Shown piece after piece: positions 22,481 to 35,346 of a stretch of DNA of 64,000 bases. The stretch spans positions 64,001 through 128,000 of the forward strand of contig CAVPRW010000003.1 of NCBI GenBank assembly GCA_963707985.1, given 5' to 3'. Source of the DNA: an uncultured Nitrospinota bacterium. GTDB lineage: Bacteria > Tectomicrobia > Entotheonellia > J063 > CAVPRW01. The translations under genes and the position numbers were made by a program. The notes under the pieces were generated by a model. The model worked only from the letters and a program-made list of their open reading frames with translations. It made no database searches and was not told the origin of the DNA. The first letter of the stretch is position 1, and each line of letters starts with the position of its first letter.

Positions 22481-24241
22481 TCAGGCCGTCTCACCAGCCG
22501 ATTTCGTTGCCACTCGGCGGCTGCGCAGCATGACATACTGCTGTATGATGGTAAGGAGGTTATTCACCAGCCAGTAGATCACCAGTCCCACCGGAAAATT
22601 CAGGAACATGAAAGTGAAAATAATCGGCATAAACAACATCATTTTGGCTTGCCGTGGGTCGCCGGTCGTTGGCGTCATCCACTGCTGGACGACCATGGAG
22701 GCACCCATGAGCAAAGCCATGGGATAGTCGGGCGCAGACAGATCCTTGATCCACCAGAAGAACCCGGCGTGCCGAAGCTCGATCGAGGCATATAAAACCT
22801 GGTACAGGGAGATAAACACTGGGATCTGTATCACCATGGGCAAGCAGCCACCGAGGGGGTTGACCTTCTGCTCGCGGTACAGCCTCATCATCTCCTCGTT
22901 GAGCTTCTGGCGATCATTCTTATACATGTCCTGAAGCCGCTTCATTTGCGGCTGTATATGCTGCATGGCCTGCATCGACTTAAAGCTCTTCCAGGTCAGT
23001 GGATAAAAGAGCAGCTTAATGATCACCGTAATAATGATGATGGCGACACCGTAGTTGTGGGTCACGCCGTAGAGCCACTGCAGTGGACGTAAGAGCCAAA
23101 TGTCCGGCCGCAGTATTCGGACCCAGCCATAGTTGTAGAACACCAACTCCTTGAGCGATTTGCCGTTGGCGTCGAGCGCCGCCAGTCGACGCAGTTCCTT
23201 GGGGCCAGCATACACGGTGAAATGTACGTCAGTCGAGGTTGCAGGCAGCGGCCAGCGTAATGCCACCGCATATTCGAGGGCATTCGTACCCTCATGTAAA
23301 ACGCTCCACGTCGTGCTCGTGCGCGGAATCGCGGCGATGGCATAGTACTTGTTGTGGACTGCCGTCCATTGCACCTGCCCTGTGCGCTCCAATGGCGGCT
23401 GACCAGCGGGCGGCGTGGCGAGCCAGCGCTCGCCGTTGATAAAGGACATTGGGCTGGCATAACTGCCATTAGACTCCAGGTCGGTGTGTAGGCCGGGACC
23501 CCATCGTAGCATGGCATGTTGTCCATCCGCCGCGATCTCGACAGCTGGCCACAGCCCTTCTTCCGATACTTCAACCAAGTTCACCCGCGCCTCGTTGCCA
23601 CCTCGCCCCATCGCCAGTGTAGCCGCGCCACTGCTCCGCCATAGGGAGTCCCAGTGCCACACGATATTGGGTGGGCTCTTCCACGGTGCCGCATATTTCT
23701 TCAACAGCAGCTCCTTGATGCGCGCCCCCCGAGTAGTCATCACCATGCGGACCAGATCGTTTTCAACCGTCACTAGACGCTCGGGCTCTGGCGACGTCGC
23801 GGCCGTCGGTGCAGAGCTCAGACCCGGCTTGTCCAGCGTGACGTCGACCTCCATGGCATAAGTGCCGTATTGCAGTTCGAAGGTCTTCATCACACGCCAG
23901 CCTGTAGGGTCCTGATACTCAAAGCGGACAGTTCCTCGCGGCTGCTCTGCCGTCACAGCCAGTTGCGCCACCGAGGAGGTGAAATTCGCCGCCTGTATGC
24001 GCTCATTCAAGGACTGCGGCGGCGCCGCTTGTCCCACCGAGCCAGGCCCCACGCGCGGAGTATTTGGTGCATCGGGCCTAGCCGTGGTGGCAGGCGGGGA
24101 TTTGGCTTCAGGAGTCGGCTTTTCCTGAGACTCTGGCGTTACAGACGAATGGGGAGGATCTGGCGCAGGTACAAAGACATACTGCCAGAGGATAAGCACG
24201 AGGATCGACAGTGCGACAGCGAGAATGGCACGCCATTCCAT
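22481..24241 (-). CDS. yidC: Membrane protein insertase
   Basis: N-terminal TM, periplasmic domain, NYGVAII, KVNPLGGCLP, GLVIYWLVNN. Confidence 0.97.
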   Translation of the reverse strand: MEWRAILAVALSILVLILWQYVFVPAPDPPHSSVTPESQEKPTPEAKSPPATTARPDAPNTPRVGPGSVGQAAPPQSLNERIQAANFTSSVAQLAVTAEQPRGTVRFEYQDPTGWRVMKTFELQYGTYAMEVDVTLDKPGLSSAPTAATSPEPERLVTVENDLVRMVMTTRGARIKELLLKKYAAPWKSPPNIVWHWDSLWRSSGAATLAMGRGGNEARVNLVEVSEEGLWPAVEIAADGQHAMLRWGPGLHTDLESNGSYASPMSFINGERWLATPPAGQPPLERTGQVQWTAVHNKYYAIAAIPRTSTTWSVLHEGTNALEYAVALRWPLPATSTDVHFTVYAGPKELRRLAALDANGKSLKELVFYNYGWVRILRPDIWLLRPLQWLYGVTHNYGVAIIIITVIIKLLFYPLTWKSFKSMQAMQHIQPQMKRLQDMYKNDRQKLNEEMMRLYREQKVNPLGGCLPMVIQIPVFISLYQVLYASIELRHAGFFWWIKDLSAPDYPMALLMGASMVVQQWMTPTTGDPRQAKMMLFMPIIFTFMFLNFPVGLVIYWLVNNLLTIIQQYVMLRSRRVATKSAGETA

Positions 24242-24301
24242 ACACTAATAAAACCTCCTGAGTGGCTGCGCAGGCCTTGTAAGGTATGGGGGCGAGCGCC
24301 A

Positions 24302-24514
24302 CTACTGAACCGGGTCCCACCCTCCAGGGTGAAAGGGATGACAACGCAATAGTCGCCATGCGGTCAAGTGCAGACCTCGCCATAACCCATAGCGGGTGAT
24401 CGCCTGCATAGCATACGTCGAACAGGATGGATAAAACCGACACGAGGGTGGCAACGCAGGCGAGATTACCAGTTGATAGAGCCGTATCATCTCACAGATC
24501 AGATATCTGACCAT
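24302..24514 (-). CDS. yidD: Membrane protein insertion efficiency factor
   Basis: YQLVISP...[10 protein letters not shown]...[13 protein letters not shown]. Confidence 0.97.
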   Translation of the reverse strand: MVRYLICEMIRLYQLVISPALPPSCRFYPSCSTYAMQAITRYGLWRGLHLTAWRLLRCHPFHPGGWDPVQ

Positions 24515-24601
24515 CGATATGCCCAATGTCCTGCACTCCAACCCACGGTACTCGTCCTACCCGGCGATCACCAACCATAGCCGGATCGGGGTTGCACGTA
24601 T

Positions 24602-24979
24602 CTATCCATCCTTCAGAGCAATGTGGCCGGGTGCCTCGGCTGCCGTCAACCTAGCCATGGTCTTGCACCAGGCGTCCTCAAGAGTCCTGTAGGACGCCTG
24701 AGCACTGGCGGGAACAGCGCGCACGAACAGATCATAGCCTCTGGGAACCAGCCCTTTCTGACGCCGAAAAAGCTCACGTAGCCGGCGTTTCACCCGATTT
24801 CGCACGACGGCAATACCAATGGCTTTGCCCGCAGCTAGCCCAAGGCGAATGACATCTCCCCCATGGCGGTAGGCATATATCGTAAAATACTCCGTCCGCA
24901 GCCGCCGCCCATGCCGGTAACAACGCGTATAGTCGGCTCTAGCGGCAAGGCGTTCATGTCTGCGTAGACGCTGGTCCAC
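24602..24979 (-). CDS. rnpA: Ribonuclease P protein component
   Basis: RLGLAAGKAIGIAVVRNRVKRRLRE (RNR motif). Confidence 0.96.
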   Translation of the reverse strand: MDQRLRRHERLAARADYTRCYRHGRRLRTEYFTIYAYRHGGDVIRLGLAAGKAIGIAVVRNRVKRRLRELFRRQKGLVPRGYDLFVRAVPASAQASYRTLEDAWCKTMARLTAAEAPGHIALKDG

Positions 24980-24985
24980 CCGGTC

Positions 24986-25120
24986 TCAGACAGTCAAGCG
25001 AGCGCGGCCCTTATGCCGGCGTCGCCTCAAAACCTGCTGGCCGCTACGAGTTGCCATGCGTGCTCGAAAGCCATGGGTGCGGCGGCGCTTTATCCGACTC
25101 GGCTGGTAGGTCCGTTTCAT
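24986..25120 (-). CDS. rpmH: 50S ribosomal protein L34 (not in the ORF track)
   Basis: Manual translation: [44 protein letters not shown]. Confidence 0.98.
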   Translation of the reverse strand: MKRTYQPSRIKRRRTHGFRARMATRSGQQVLRRRRHKGRARLTV

Positions 25121-25325
25121 GTTCACGTCCTCACTCGTCCAGGCCGCGTTCCGCCGTACCTATCTGTTCTGTATAGGCCGCACGCGGGCTCCTATCGTGA
25201 ATAGTTCATCAGAAATCCAACGTAGATCACATAGTTGAGTAATGCGGCAGACGTGCCTTCCACAAGTTTGGTCCGTTCTGCTGCTGGTCGCACGGTTCAG
25301 TGGGATGATCACCCACCGCGCTCCG

Positions 25326-25355
25326 ATTCTAGCAGAAACTGCGTTGATTTTTCAA
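25326..25355 (-). promoter_or_regulatory. Putative sigma70 promoter of the rpmH operon
   Basis: Minus strand TTGAAA-18 nt-TAGAAT with TGn extension. Confidence 0.5.
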
Positions 25356-25399
25356 TCGTCTTTTGGTACTTTATACGTGTGGTCAGAGCCTTTCGGCGG

Positions 25400-25800
25400 A
25401 GGTAATACCTTGTTCTTCCACACCCTTCACCTGGTTATTGAACTGCAGGTAGACCTCATGGTGGCGCAGACGATGAATCGTAATCCATCGATATTACAGG
25501 GATTTATCGAGTTATCCACAGTTGGGGATAACCATGTGGATAACTCGAGACAACCGCCGAAGATCCCCATTTTCTCATCCTTGGCACACAATCGATCGGG
25601 GTCTATCGGGATATCTCCCTGGATAAATTGTGTACACACCTGTGCATAAATGCTTCCGCGACTTCTTACCTGAATCTCCCTGAACACTGTGGGACTTTCC
25701 CCCACAGTTTTGCACAGCCGATTCCCATCGGTGTGCTATGCTTTGGGTCGCTTATGCACATATCCCACGCGTCTACTACGACCATCTACTAAGGATTTCC
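25400..25800. other. oriC: Chromosomal replication origin (oriC) candidate
   Basis: TTWTNCACA boxes at 25512-25520 (+), 25535-25543 (-), 25641-25649 (-), 25708-25716 (+), 25752-25760 (+), plus near matches. A DnaA-trio-like CTACTACGACCATCTACTA lies at 25773-25791, directly upstream of dnaN. Confidence 0.88.
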
Positions 25801-25831
25801 TAAACTCGATACACAAAGGGAGTGTGGATTC

Positions 25832-26944
25832 ATGGAGATCCGGATCAGTCGTGAAGAATTTTTGCAGGGCCTGCAGCGTGTCCAGTCGGTCGTCGAGCGC
25901 AAGACCACGACACCGATTCTGGCCAATTTCCTGCTCGACGCACGGGGGAACCAGCTCACCTATGTGGCGACGGACCTCGAGCTTACCTGCAAGGGGATGA
26001 TGGCGACGGAAATCATCCATGAAGGTGTCATCACCCTACCGGCCCGGCAAACATTTGATATCGTGCGTGAGCTGCCTAGTGGAACAATGCTTGATCTCCG
26101 CATCAATGAGCAACAGTGGGCTGAACTCACTGCCGGCCGGAGTTATTTCAGGATTCCAAGTCTCCCAGGAGGAGATTTCCCGCCGTTTCCACCTTTTGAA
26201 GGTGCTGAACATCTGTCGCTCCCTGCTTCTACCCTTCGGGAAATGATTGGGAAAACAGCCTTTTGCACCTCTCAGGATGAAACGCGTTTTGCGCTGCGTG
26301 GCGCACTTTTTGCTTTTATGGAGGGACGGGTATCGATGGTGGCAACCGATGGTCACCGCTTGGCCGCCATCCAGCGCGAATGCAAACATGCTGAGGCTAT
26401 GACCAAGCAGGTGATCGTGCCTCGTAAAGCCCTGGACGAAATCCGTAAAAGTCTTGAGGATGGTAACGGTGAGGATGATGAGGTAACGGTGAGTTTACTC
26501 GATCAACATTTGCTCATCCGTCGCGGGAATCTATGGTTATCGACCCGACTCATTGACGGGCAATTCCCCGCCTATGAACGAGTGATCCCAAAGGGTCATC
26601 CGCAACACATTACGCTACAGAAGGATGCTTTCCTCAGTAGCCTCCGTCGAGTCATCCTGTTCGCGCCCGACAAATCACGAGCAGTCCGGCTCAAACTATC
26701 GCCGGGGACATTGACGATCTTGAGCGAAAGTCCCGAGTTGGGAGAAGCCCGCGATGAAATCGAGGCCGAGTATGAGGGGGAAGCGGTGACGGTGGGGTTT
26801 AACGCACGCTACCTGATGGATGTCTTGAATGTCGTGGACGCTGATCAGGTCATTCTCGAAGTGAAAGATGCCGTAAGCTCATCTTTGATGCGACCGGTGG
26901 CTGACCCCGACAGTCTCTATGTGATTATGCCATTGCGACTGTAA
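25832..26944 (+). CDS. dnaN: DNA polymerase III beta clamp
   Basis: ATDLE, VATDGHRL, LIDGQFPAYERVIP, GFNARYLMD, YVIMPLRL. Confidence 0.98.
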   Translation: MEIRISREEFLQGLQRVQSVVERKTTTPILANFLLDARGNQLTYVATDLELTCKGMMATEIIHEGVITLPARQTFDIVRELPSGTMLDLRINEQQWAELTAGRSYFRIPSLPGGDFPPFPPFEGAEHLSLPASTLREMIGKTAFCTSQDETRFALRGALFAFMEGRVSMVATDGHRLAAIQRECKHAEAMTKQVIVPRKALDEIRKSLEDGNGEDDEVTVSLLDQHLLIRRGNLWLSTRLIDGQFPAYERVIPKGHPQHITLQKDAFLSSLRRVILFAPDKSRAVRLKLSPGTLTILSESPELGEARDEIEAEYEGEAVTVGFNARYLMDVLNVVDADQVILEVKDAVSSSLMRPVADPDSLYVIMPLRL

Positions 26945-27108
26945 GACAGGGTCGAGCGCTGTAGGCTGACGACCGAGCAGGAGAGGATGGGGATGGTGGC
27001 CGGGCGCTCAGAAGGCTGTTGCGGCACAGATGGTCGGTTAGACCGGGAGTGTGTGTCACATGCGGTCTTCAGTTCCGATGCCTCGGTCTTCTGCTGCTCG
27101 GGGTTCTG

Positions 27109-28260
27109 ATGCGACTCATGACCTTACAGATGCGCAACTTCCGCAACTTCGACCGACTGGAGCTTGAGTGCGGCGCACGTTTCAATATTCTAGTGGGTAA
27201 TAACGGCCAGGGCAAGACGAACATTCTCGAAAGTATTTATGTGCTCGGCCAGTTACGGTCTTTTCGCGGTGTTGGACGCGCGGAGTTGACTCGCTGGGGG
27301 GCAGAGGTGGTCAGCTTACACGGCACGGTTGAGCATCCGGCACATAATGGGAAACTGACGCTCGGCATGTCCTGGAATGGGCAGCGACGTATCCTCAAAG
27401 TCCAAGGCCGGGAGATCCAACGCACTATTGATTATCTGGGACATCTTAACGTCATGGTCTTCGCAGCGGATTCCGTCCAGGTGATCAAAGGTTCTCCTGA
27501 AGGACGCCGCCGGCTTCTCGATCGCGCACTGGTAAGTTTGCAGCCGACCTATCTCGGCCTTTTGCAGCGCCATCAGATGATCCTCAAACATCGCAATCGA
27601 CTACTGAAGGGGCCGAAGATCGACCGCGCCAGTTTAGACGTGTGGAATACCAAGTTTGCCGAGGTGGGAGCGGAAGTTGTACGGGCGCGGGCACGCTACC
27701 TGAAGCGGCTTAACCGGCAACTGGAGCGCTTGAATGCGTTGAAGCTGGGCAGTCCAACGGCACTACAGGTACAGTACCGGCCAGCCCTCGGAGGGGGAAC
27801 CGATGAGCAAGAGCCGCTAGATCCTGGCTGTGCCGACATGTCGCGGATTGTGCACCGTATGGTGGAGGGCATCGCTAGGGTGGAACGTGACGAATTGAGG
27901 GCCCGGATGTCATTGATCGGACCGCAACGCGATGATGTCAGCTTTACCCTGGAAAGGCATGACCTCAAGAATTATGGCTCCCAGGGGGAGCAACGGCTGG
28001 CAGTGCTGCTGATCTTGATCGGCATGTTAGAAGATCTGGAAGCGGAGTTGGGGACGCCCGCGATCGTGTTGCTTGATGATATGGTGGCTGAGTTGGATCG
28101 GCGACGGCGTGGCCTACTGTGGGAATTTTTGCAGAGCATGCGCGCCCAGGTATTTATCAGTGGGACGGAGATGACTGCCGACTTGGAAGCGCTGTGTGCG
28201 GCAGTGCCAGAGACGCAGGTGTGGAGGGTCGACGCGGGCACCATTGTCGCCAACGCCTAG
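27109..28260 (+). CDS. recF: DNA replication/repair protein RecF
   Basis: NFRNF, GNNGQGKTN, GSQGEQR, LLDDMVAELD. Confidence 0.97.
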   Translation: MRLMTLQMRNFRNFDRLELECGARFNILVGNNGQGKTNILESIYVLGQLRSFRGVGRAELTRWGAEVVSLHGTVEHPAHNGKLTLGMSWNGQRRILKVQGREIQRTIDYLGHLNVMVFAADSVQVIKGSPEGRRRLLDRALVSLQPTYLGLLQRHQMILKHRNRLLKGPKIDRASLDVWNTKFAEVGAEVVRARARYLKRLNRQLERLNALKLGSPTALQVQYRPALGGGTDEQEPLDPGCADMSRIVHRMVEGIARVERDELRARMSLIGPQRDDVSFTLERHDLKNYGSQGEQRLAVLLILIGMLEDLEAELGTPAIVLLDDMVAELDRRRRGLLWEFLQSMRAQVFISGTEMTADLEALCAAVPETQVWRVDAGTIVANA

Positions 28261-28362
28261 TGACCATCCAGCGCCAATTGGCACCACAGGAAGCCGCACT
28301 CAGAACGGGACAATCCTGCAGCAAGGCGTCTGCCCTGTAGCAGATCGCCGACAGGTGGGAGT

Positions 28363-30911
<2,549 letters not shown>

Positions 30912-30919
30912 GAGACTGT

Positions 30920-33391
30920 ATGGCCACTGACGCACGACTGCTGCAGATCAACATCGAAGATGAAATGCGCACAGCCTTCCTCGACTATGCGATGTCCGTC
31001 ATCATCGCCCGCGCCCTGCCGGATGTGCGCGACGGGCTGAAGCCGGTGCATCGGCGCGCCCTGCTGACCCTGTACGACCTGAACCTCACTCCAGACCGCG
31101 GCTATCGGAAGTGCGCCAAGATCTGCGGCGATATCAGCGGCAACTATCATCCGCATGGCGAGGGGGTCGTCTATCCCTCCGTGGTGCGCCTGGCACAACG
31201 CTTTGCCATGCGCTATCCATTGGTCGATGGCCAGGGCAACTATGGTTCCGTCGATGGTGACCCACCGGCTGCCATGCGCTACACCGAAGCGCGCATGACC
31301 GAGATCTGCCAGGAGATGTTGCGCGATCTGGAGAAGGAAACAGTCGACTTCATCCCCAACTACGACGGCACGCGCGAAGAGCCGGTGGTGTTGCCCTCGA
31401 CGATTCCCAACCTCCTGATGAACGGTTCTGCCGGCATCGCTGTGGGCATGGCGACGAATATTCCACCCCATAATCTGGGCGAGCTGGTCGACGCGTTGGT
31501 GGCGATGCTAGCGGACCCCCAGATCAGCGTCGAGGTCGACGAGGACGACCCAGGGAAGCCCTATCTCATGCAGTTCATTCTAGGTCCCGATTTCCCGACC
31601 GCGGGACTGATCTATGGCACCGATGGCATTCGCGATGCCTACAAGACTGGGCGCGGCCTCATCACCATGCGGGCACGGGCGCTCATTGAGCATTCGAAGC
31701 GCACCAGCCGGGAGCAGATCATCATCACTGAGATCCCCTATCAGGTGAACAAAGCCAAGCTCGTCGAGAGAATCGCTGAGCTGGTGCGCGACCGCAAAAT
31801 CGAGGGCATCTCCGATCTGCGCGACGAATCCGATCGCGAGGGTATGCGGGTCGTCATCGAGCTTGTCCGCGGTGCCCAGGGTGAGGTAGTGCTCAATCAG
31901 CTCTACAAGCAAACCCCCATGCAGAGCACCTTCGGCGTCATCATGCTGGCACTGGTGGGCAATCAACCGCGGATCATGGCCCTCAAGGAGCTGATGAGTC
32001 AGTTTCTCGAGCACCGCAAAGAGGTGGTGACACGTCGCACGCGGTTCGATCTGCGCAAGGCGCGGGAACGCGCCCATATTCTCGAAGGTTTGAGAGTCGC
32101 CCTGGAGCAGCTCGACCGGGTGATCGAGCTCATCCGCGCTGCCGAGTCGCCAGCGGCGGCTCGTGAGCAATTGATCGCGACGCTAGCGCTTACTGAGGAA
32201 CAAGCCCAAGCCATTCTCGACATGCGCCTGCAACGCCTCACCGCTTTGGAGCGCGACAGAATCTTGCAGGAGCTGGCGGAATTACAGCAGCGCATCGTCG
32301 AGCTGGAAGGCATCTTGGCTGATGAGCTGAAGGTACGCGCCATCATCAAGGAGGAGCTACTGGGGATCAAGGACAAATATGGTGATGAGCGGCGCACCGA
32401 GATCGTTGAGGAAGCGGTCGAGCTCAACATCGAAGACCTCATCCCGCAGGAAGATGTGGTGGTGACAGTCAGCCGTGGCGGCTATATCAAACGTACTCCT
32501 GCCCGCGTCTACCGCAGCCAGCACCGCGGTGGCAAGGGGATCAAAGCGATGGAGACCAAAGAAGAGGACTTCGTCGAGCATTTTTATATCGCCAATACCC
32601 ACCATTACATCTTGTGGTTCACCAATATCGGTAAGGTCCACTGGCTCAAGGTCTATGAGATCCCCGAGGGTACGCGGGCCTCGCGGGGCAAAGCATTGGT
32701 GAATCTCCTGCAGTTGGACGATGGAGAAACCATCTCCGCCATGGTGCCCGTCGAGGAGTTTGCCAGCGCCCGCTACGTCATTATGACTACCAAACGCGGG
32801 CTGGTGAAGAAAACACCCTTGGCGGCCTTCGGAAATCCGCGTGCGGGAGGCATCCGAGCGATTTCTCTCGACGACGGCGACGAACTGATCGCGGTCAAGC
32901 TCACCGACGGCTCACAACACATCTTCTTGGGAACAGCGGACGGCCAGGCTATCCAGTTCCGGGAGGCCGATGTACGACCGATGGGACGGACCGCGCGCGG
33001 GGTCATTGGCATCGATCTCGAAGCGGGGGATGCCGTGGTGGCCATGGAAGTCTTGAACCCTGGAGCGACGATGCTCACCGTCTGCGAACATGGCCATGGC
33101 AAACGTACCGCCCTTGACGAATACCGGGTGCAGGGGCGTGGTGGCAAGGGGTTGATCAATATCAAAGTGACGGAGCGTAACGGCCGAGTCGTAGGCATCA
33201 AACAGGTAACCGAGGCGGATGAGCTGATGATCATGACGACATCGGGTAATCTCATCCGCCTGCCCGTCCGCGAGTTGGCGGTGATTAGCCGCAATACTCA
33301 GGGCGTGCGCCTGATTTCGCTGGGTGATGATGATGCTGTGGCGTCTGTCGCCACCATTGAGGAAGAACGTGAGATGGGAGATATGGTATAA
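30920..33391 (+). CDS. gyrA: DNA gyrase subunit A
   Basis: RALPDVRDGLKPVHRR, AAMRYTEAR, GyrA box QHRGGKG. Confidence 0.99.
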   Translation: MATDARLLQINIEDEMRTAFLDYAMSVIIARALPDVRDGLKPVHRRALLTLYDLNLTPDRGYRKCAKICGDISGNYHPHGEGVVYPSVVRLAQRFAMRYPLVDGQGNYGSVDGDPPAAMRYTEARMTEICQEMLRDLEKETVDFIPNYDGTREEPVVLPSTIPNLLMNGSAGIAVGMATNIPPHNLGELVDALVAMLADPQISVEVDEDDPGKPYLMQFILGPDFPTAGLIYGTDGIRDAYKTGRGLITMRARALIEHSKRTSREQIIITEIPYQVNKAKLVERIAELVRDRKIEGISDLRDESDREGMRVVIELVRGAQGEVVLNQLYKQTPMQSTFGVIMLALVGNQPRIMALKELMSQFLEHRKEVVTRRTRFDLRKARERAHILEGLRVALEQLDRVIELIRAAESPAAAREQLIATLALTEEQAQAILDMRLQRLTALERDRILQELAELQQRIVELEGILADELKVRAIIKEELLGIKDKYGDERRTEIVEEAVELNIEDLIPQEDVVVTVSRGGYIKRTPARVYRSQHRGGKGIKAMETKEEDFVEHFYIANTHHYILWFTNIGKVHWLKVYEIPEGTRASRGKALVNLLQLDDGETISAMVPVEEFASARYVIMTTKRGLVKKTPLAAFGNPRAGGIRAISLDDGDELIAVKLTDGSQHIFLGTADGQAIQFREADVRPMGRTARGVIGIDLEAGDAVVAMEVLNPGATMLTVCEHGHGKRTALDEYRVQGRGGKGLINIKVTERNGRVVGIKQVTEADELMIMTTSGNLIRLPVRELAVISRNTQGVRLISLGDDDAVASVATIEEEREMGDMV

Positions 33392-33564
33392 TAATCTCCA
33401 TACCCAACTGCTAAGTCTGGGTGATTATGGTGACGATTGCGACACACGCAGTGTCTGCGAAGTTATCCACCCTCCCCCTGAATGAGGGAGGGTCTGGACG
33501 GACATGGAAAAATGGACAGCATGGGTTTCCGCATAAGGCGGTTATGTGACTATAGAAGAGGGGA

Positions 33565-34029
33565 ATGATCATGCCGATTGGGGTAGGGCAACCAGCACCC
33601 GATTTCACGCTCAGAGGCAATGATGATAAAGATCACAAGCTCAGCGACCTGAAGGGGAAAAATGTCGTCTTAGCCTTCTATCCCTTGGATTTTAGCCCCG
33701 TCTGTACCAATGAGCATGTGTGTTTCCGCGACGATCTGACGCAGTTTCAGAGCCTTAACGCGGAGGTGTTGGGGATCAGTGTGGACAGCACCTGGGCGCA
33801 CAAAGCTTTTGCCAAACAGTTAGAGCTGCAGTTCCCTCTGTTGGCCGATTTCCATCCGAAGGGAGCAGTGGCCGATCAGTATGGCTTCTATCTGTCGGAA
33901 CGTGGCATTGCAGCACGGGCAGTGGTGGTCGTCGATAAGGAAGGCGTTGTCCGTTTTGTGAAGCAGTACGATATTCCCACTGTGCCGGATACCAAGGAGG
34001 TCGTGGCCGCAGTGCAAGCGCTGAAGTAG
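33565..34029 (+). CDS. Peroxiredoxin (AhpC/TSA family, AhpE-like)
   Basis: [30 protein letters not shown]. Confidence 0.92.
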   Translation: MIMPIGVGQPAPDFTLRGNDDKDHKLSDLKGKNVVLAFYPLDFSPVCTNEHVCFRDDLTQFQSLNAEVLGISVDSTWAHKAFAKQLELQFPLLADFHPKGAVADQYGFYLSERGIAARAVVVVDKEGVVRFVKQYDIPTVPDTKEVVAAVQALK

Positions 34030-34161
34030 CCCGGCTTGAGTGGTTGTGCCATCTTTGATGGCTTCTTCACCAAGATTGTCTCGTCCACGTCTCCCGGCGG
34101 GAGACCCGCTAGGCCATGCCCTCATGGGTCTCCCGCTAGAGTTGGTTAGTCAGCCCCACCA

Positions 34162-34644
34162 TCACCTGCCGAGCGCCCTCCGGACGATTTCGATAAGGGT
34201 ATTCATAGGAAAAGGTTTGAGCAGAAACCCTAGCAACCCGTCCCGTACCTCCGGCAAGTCCTCGTTTCTAGAATCTCCACTGATGAGGATGATAGGGAGT
34301 TCAGGATGCATGGCGCGCCAACGCTGGGCCAGGGTATAGCCCGCCTGCGCCTGGGCGGTAGGCAATAGATTGACATCGGTGATCAGCAGTTGGATCCCCG
34401 CAACGCCTAGTTGCGTTTTGATGGCTTCTGCCTGCTCCACGTTGGCAGCGGTGAGAACACTATAGCCTTGCGTGCTCAGCACCTCCATGAGCGCTTCTCG
34501 CACAGGCTCCTCATCGTCAACGATGAGGATGGTGGTTTGTGGGCCACGCCGGCGCCGTCTCTGTTCTCTACGTCGCCGTGAGCGTGGCGGCTGAACCGGC
34601 GTCGAATCAGTCTGTTCTGCAGAGTTCTCACTCGGTGTGAGCAT
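34162..34644 (-). CDS. Single-domain response regulator with Arg-rich N-terminal extension
   Basis: ILIVDDE, LLITDVNL, IILISG, FLLKPF. Confidence 0.9.
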   Translation of the reverse strand: MLTPSENSAEQTDSTPVQPPRSRRRREQRRRRRGPQTTILIVDDEEPVREALMEVLSTQGYSVLTAANVEQAEAIKTQLGVAGIQLLITDVNLLPTAQAQAGYTLAQRWRAMHPELPIILISGDSRNEDLPEVRDGLLGFLLKPFPMNTLIEIVRRALGR

Positions 34645-34819
34645 AGATGCGCTGTGGGGGAACGCCTGCAGTGGTGCAGCTGGATGCCGACTCGAAATCG
34701 CGATAGGGCGGGCTGGTGGGCCAATTAGTGGGCGGAACTGAGCGGCTGTGCATAGATAAGTTACCGATCAAATTAGTGTTATAAATATGATATTTTTATC
34801 ATAATCGGTCAATTAATAG

Positions 34820-34835
34820 AGCAAAGTGAATGCCA
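34820..34835 (-). promoter_or_regulatory. Putative sigma54 promoter for the response regulator
   Basis: Minus strand TGGCATTCACTTTGCT (GG-N10-GC), followed by a very AT-rich tract. Confidence 0.6.
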
Positions 34836-35346
34836 CGCGTCGGTCCCCACGCTCCGATAAGGTCAGAAAACCAGTGCTGGCATGGGATTCTGTGGATCAG
34901 TAGGGCAGGGCGGAGGGGAGGAAAGCAAACGTAATGTCTCAGAACTGCATCAAGTTGTACCACTTGGCGGGCAGGAGGATAGCCAAGACAGGCCGGCTGT
35001 CGTAGGCTACAAATGCCGATCCCACCGCCGGAGGACAGTGCTATGCTGATGGGGTGCGGGGAACGGTGGTGACGCTGGGGCGGTCACTATAGTCGTTCCT
35101 GTAGTTGCCATGGTGCACTTTTGGTACAGGGTGTTCGTCTCATCCATGAACCATATTCCCATGGCTGAGACCCCTTGCCAAAAAACCTGCCAACAGCCCG
35201 AGTGATCTGGAACCTCGGCCCACCCATACTGGCGCAGCCACATAATCCACGGCTGCTGCTGGAGAAGTGCTATGGCTTGGATGCCGCTCTGTGGAACTGA
35301 CGGCCATGCTGCAGCCGCACGTCATCCTCGCAGATGGTCCTACTGA

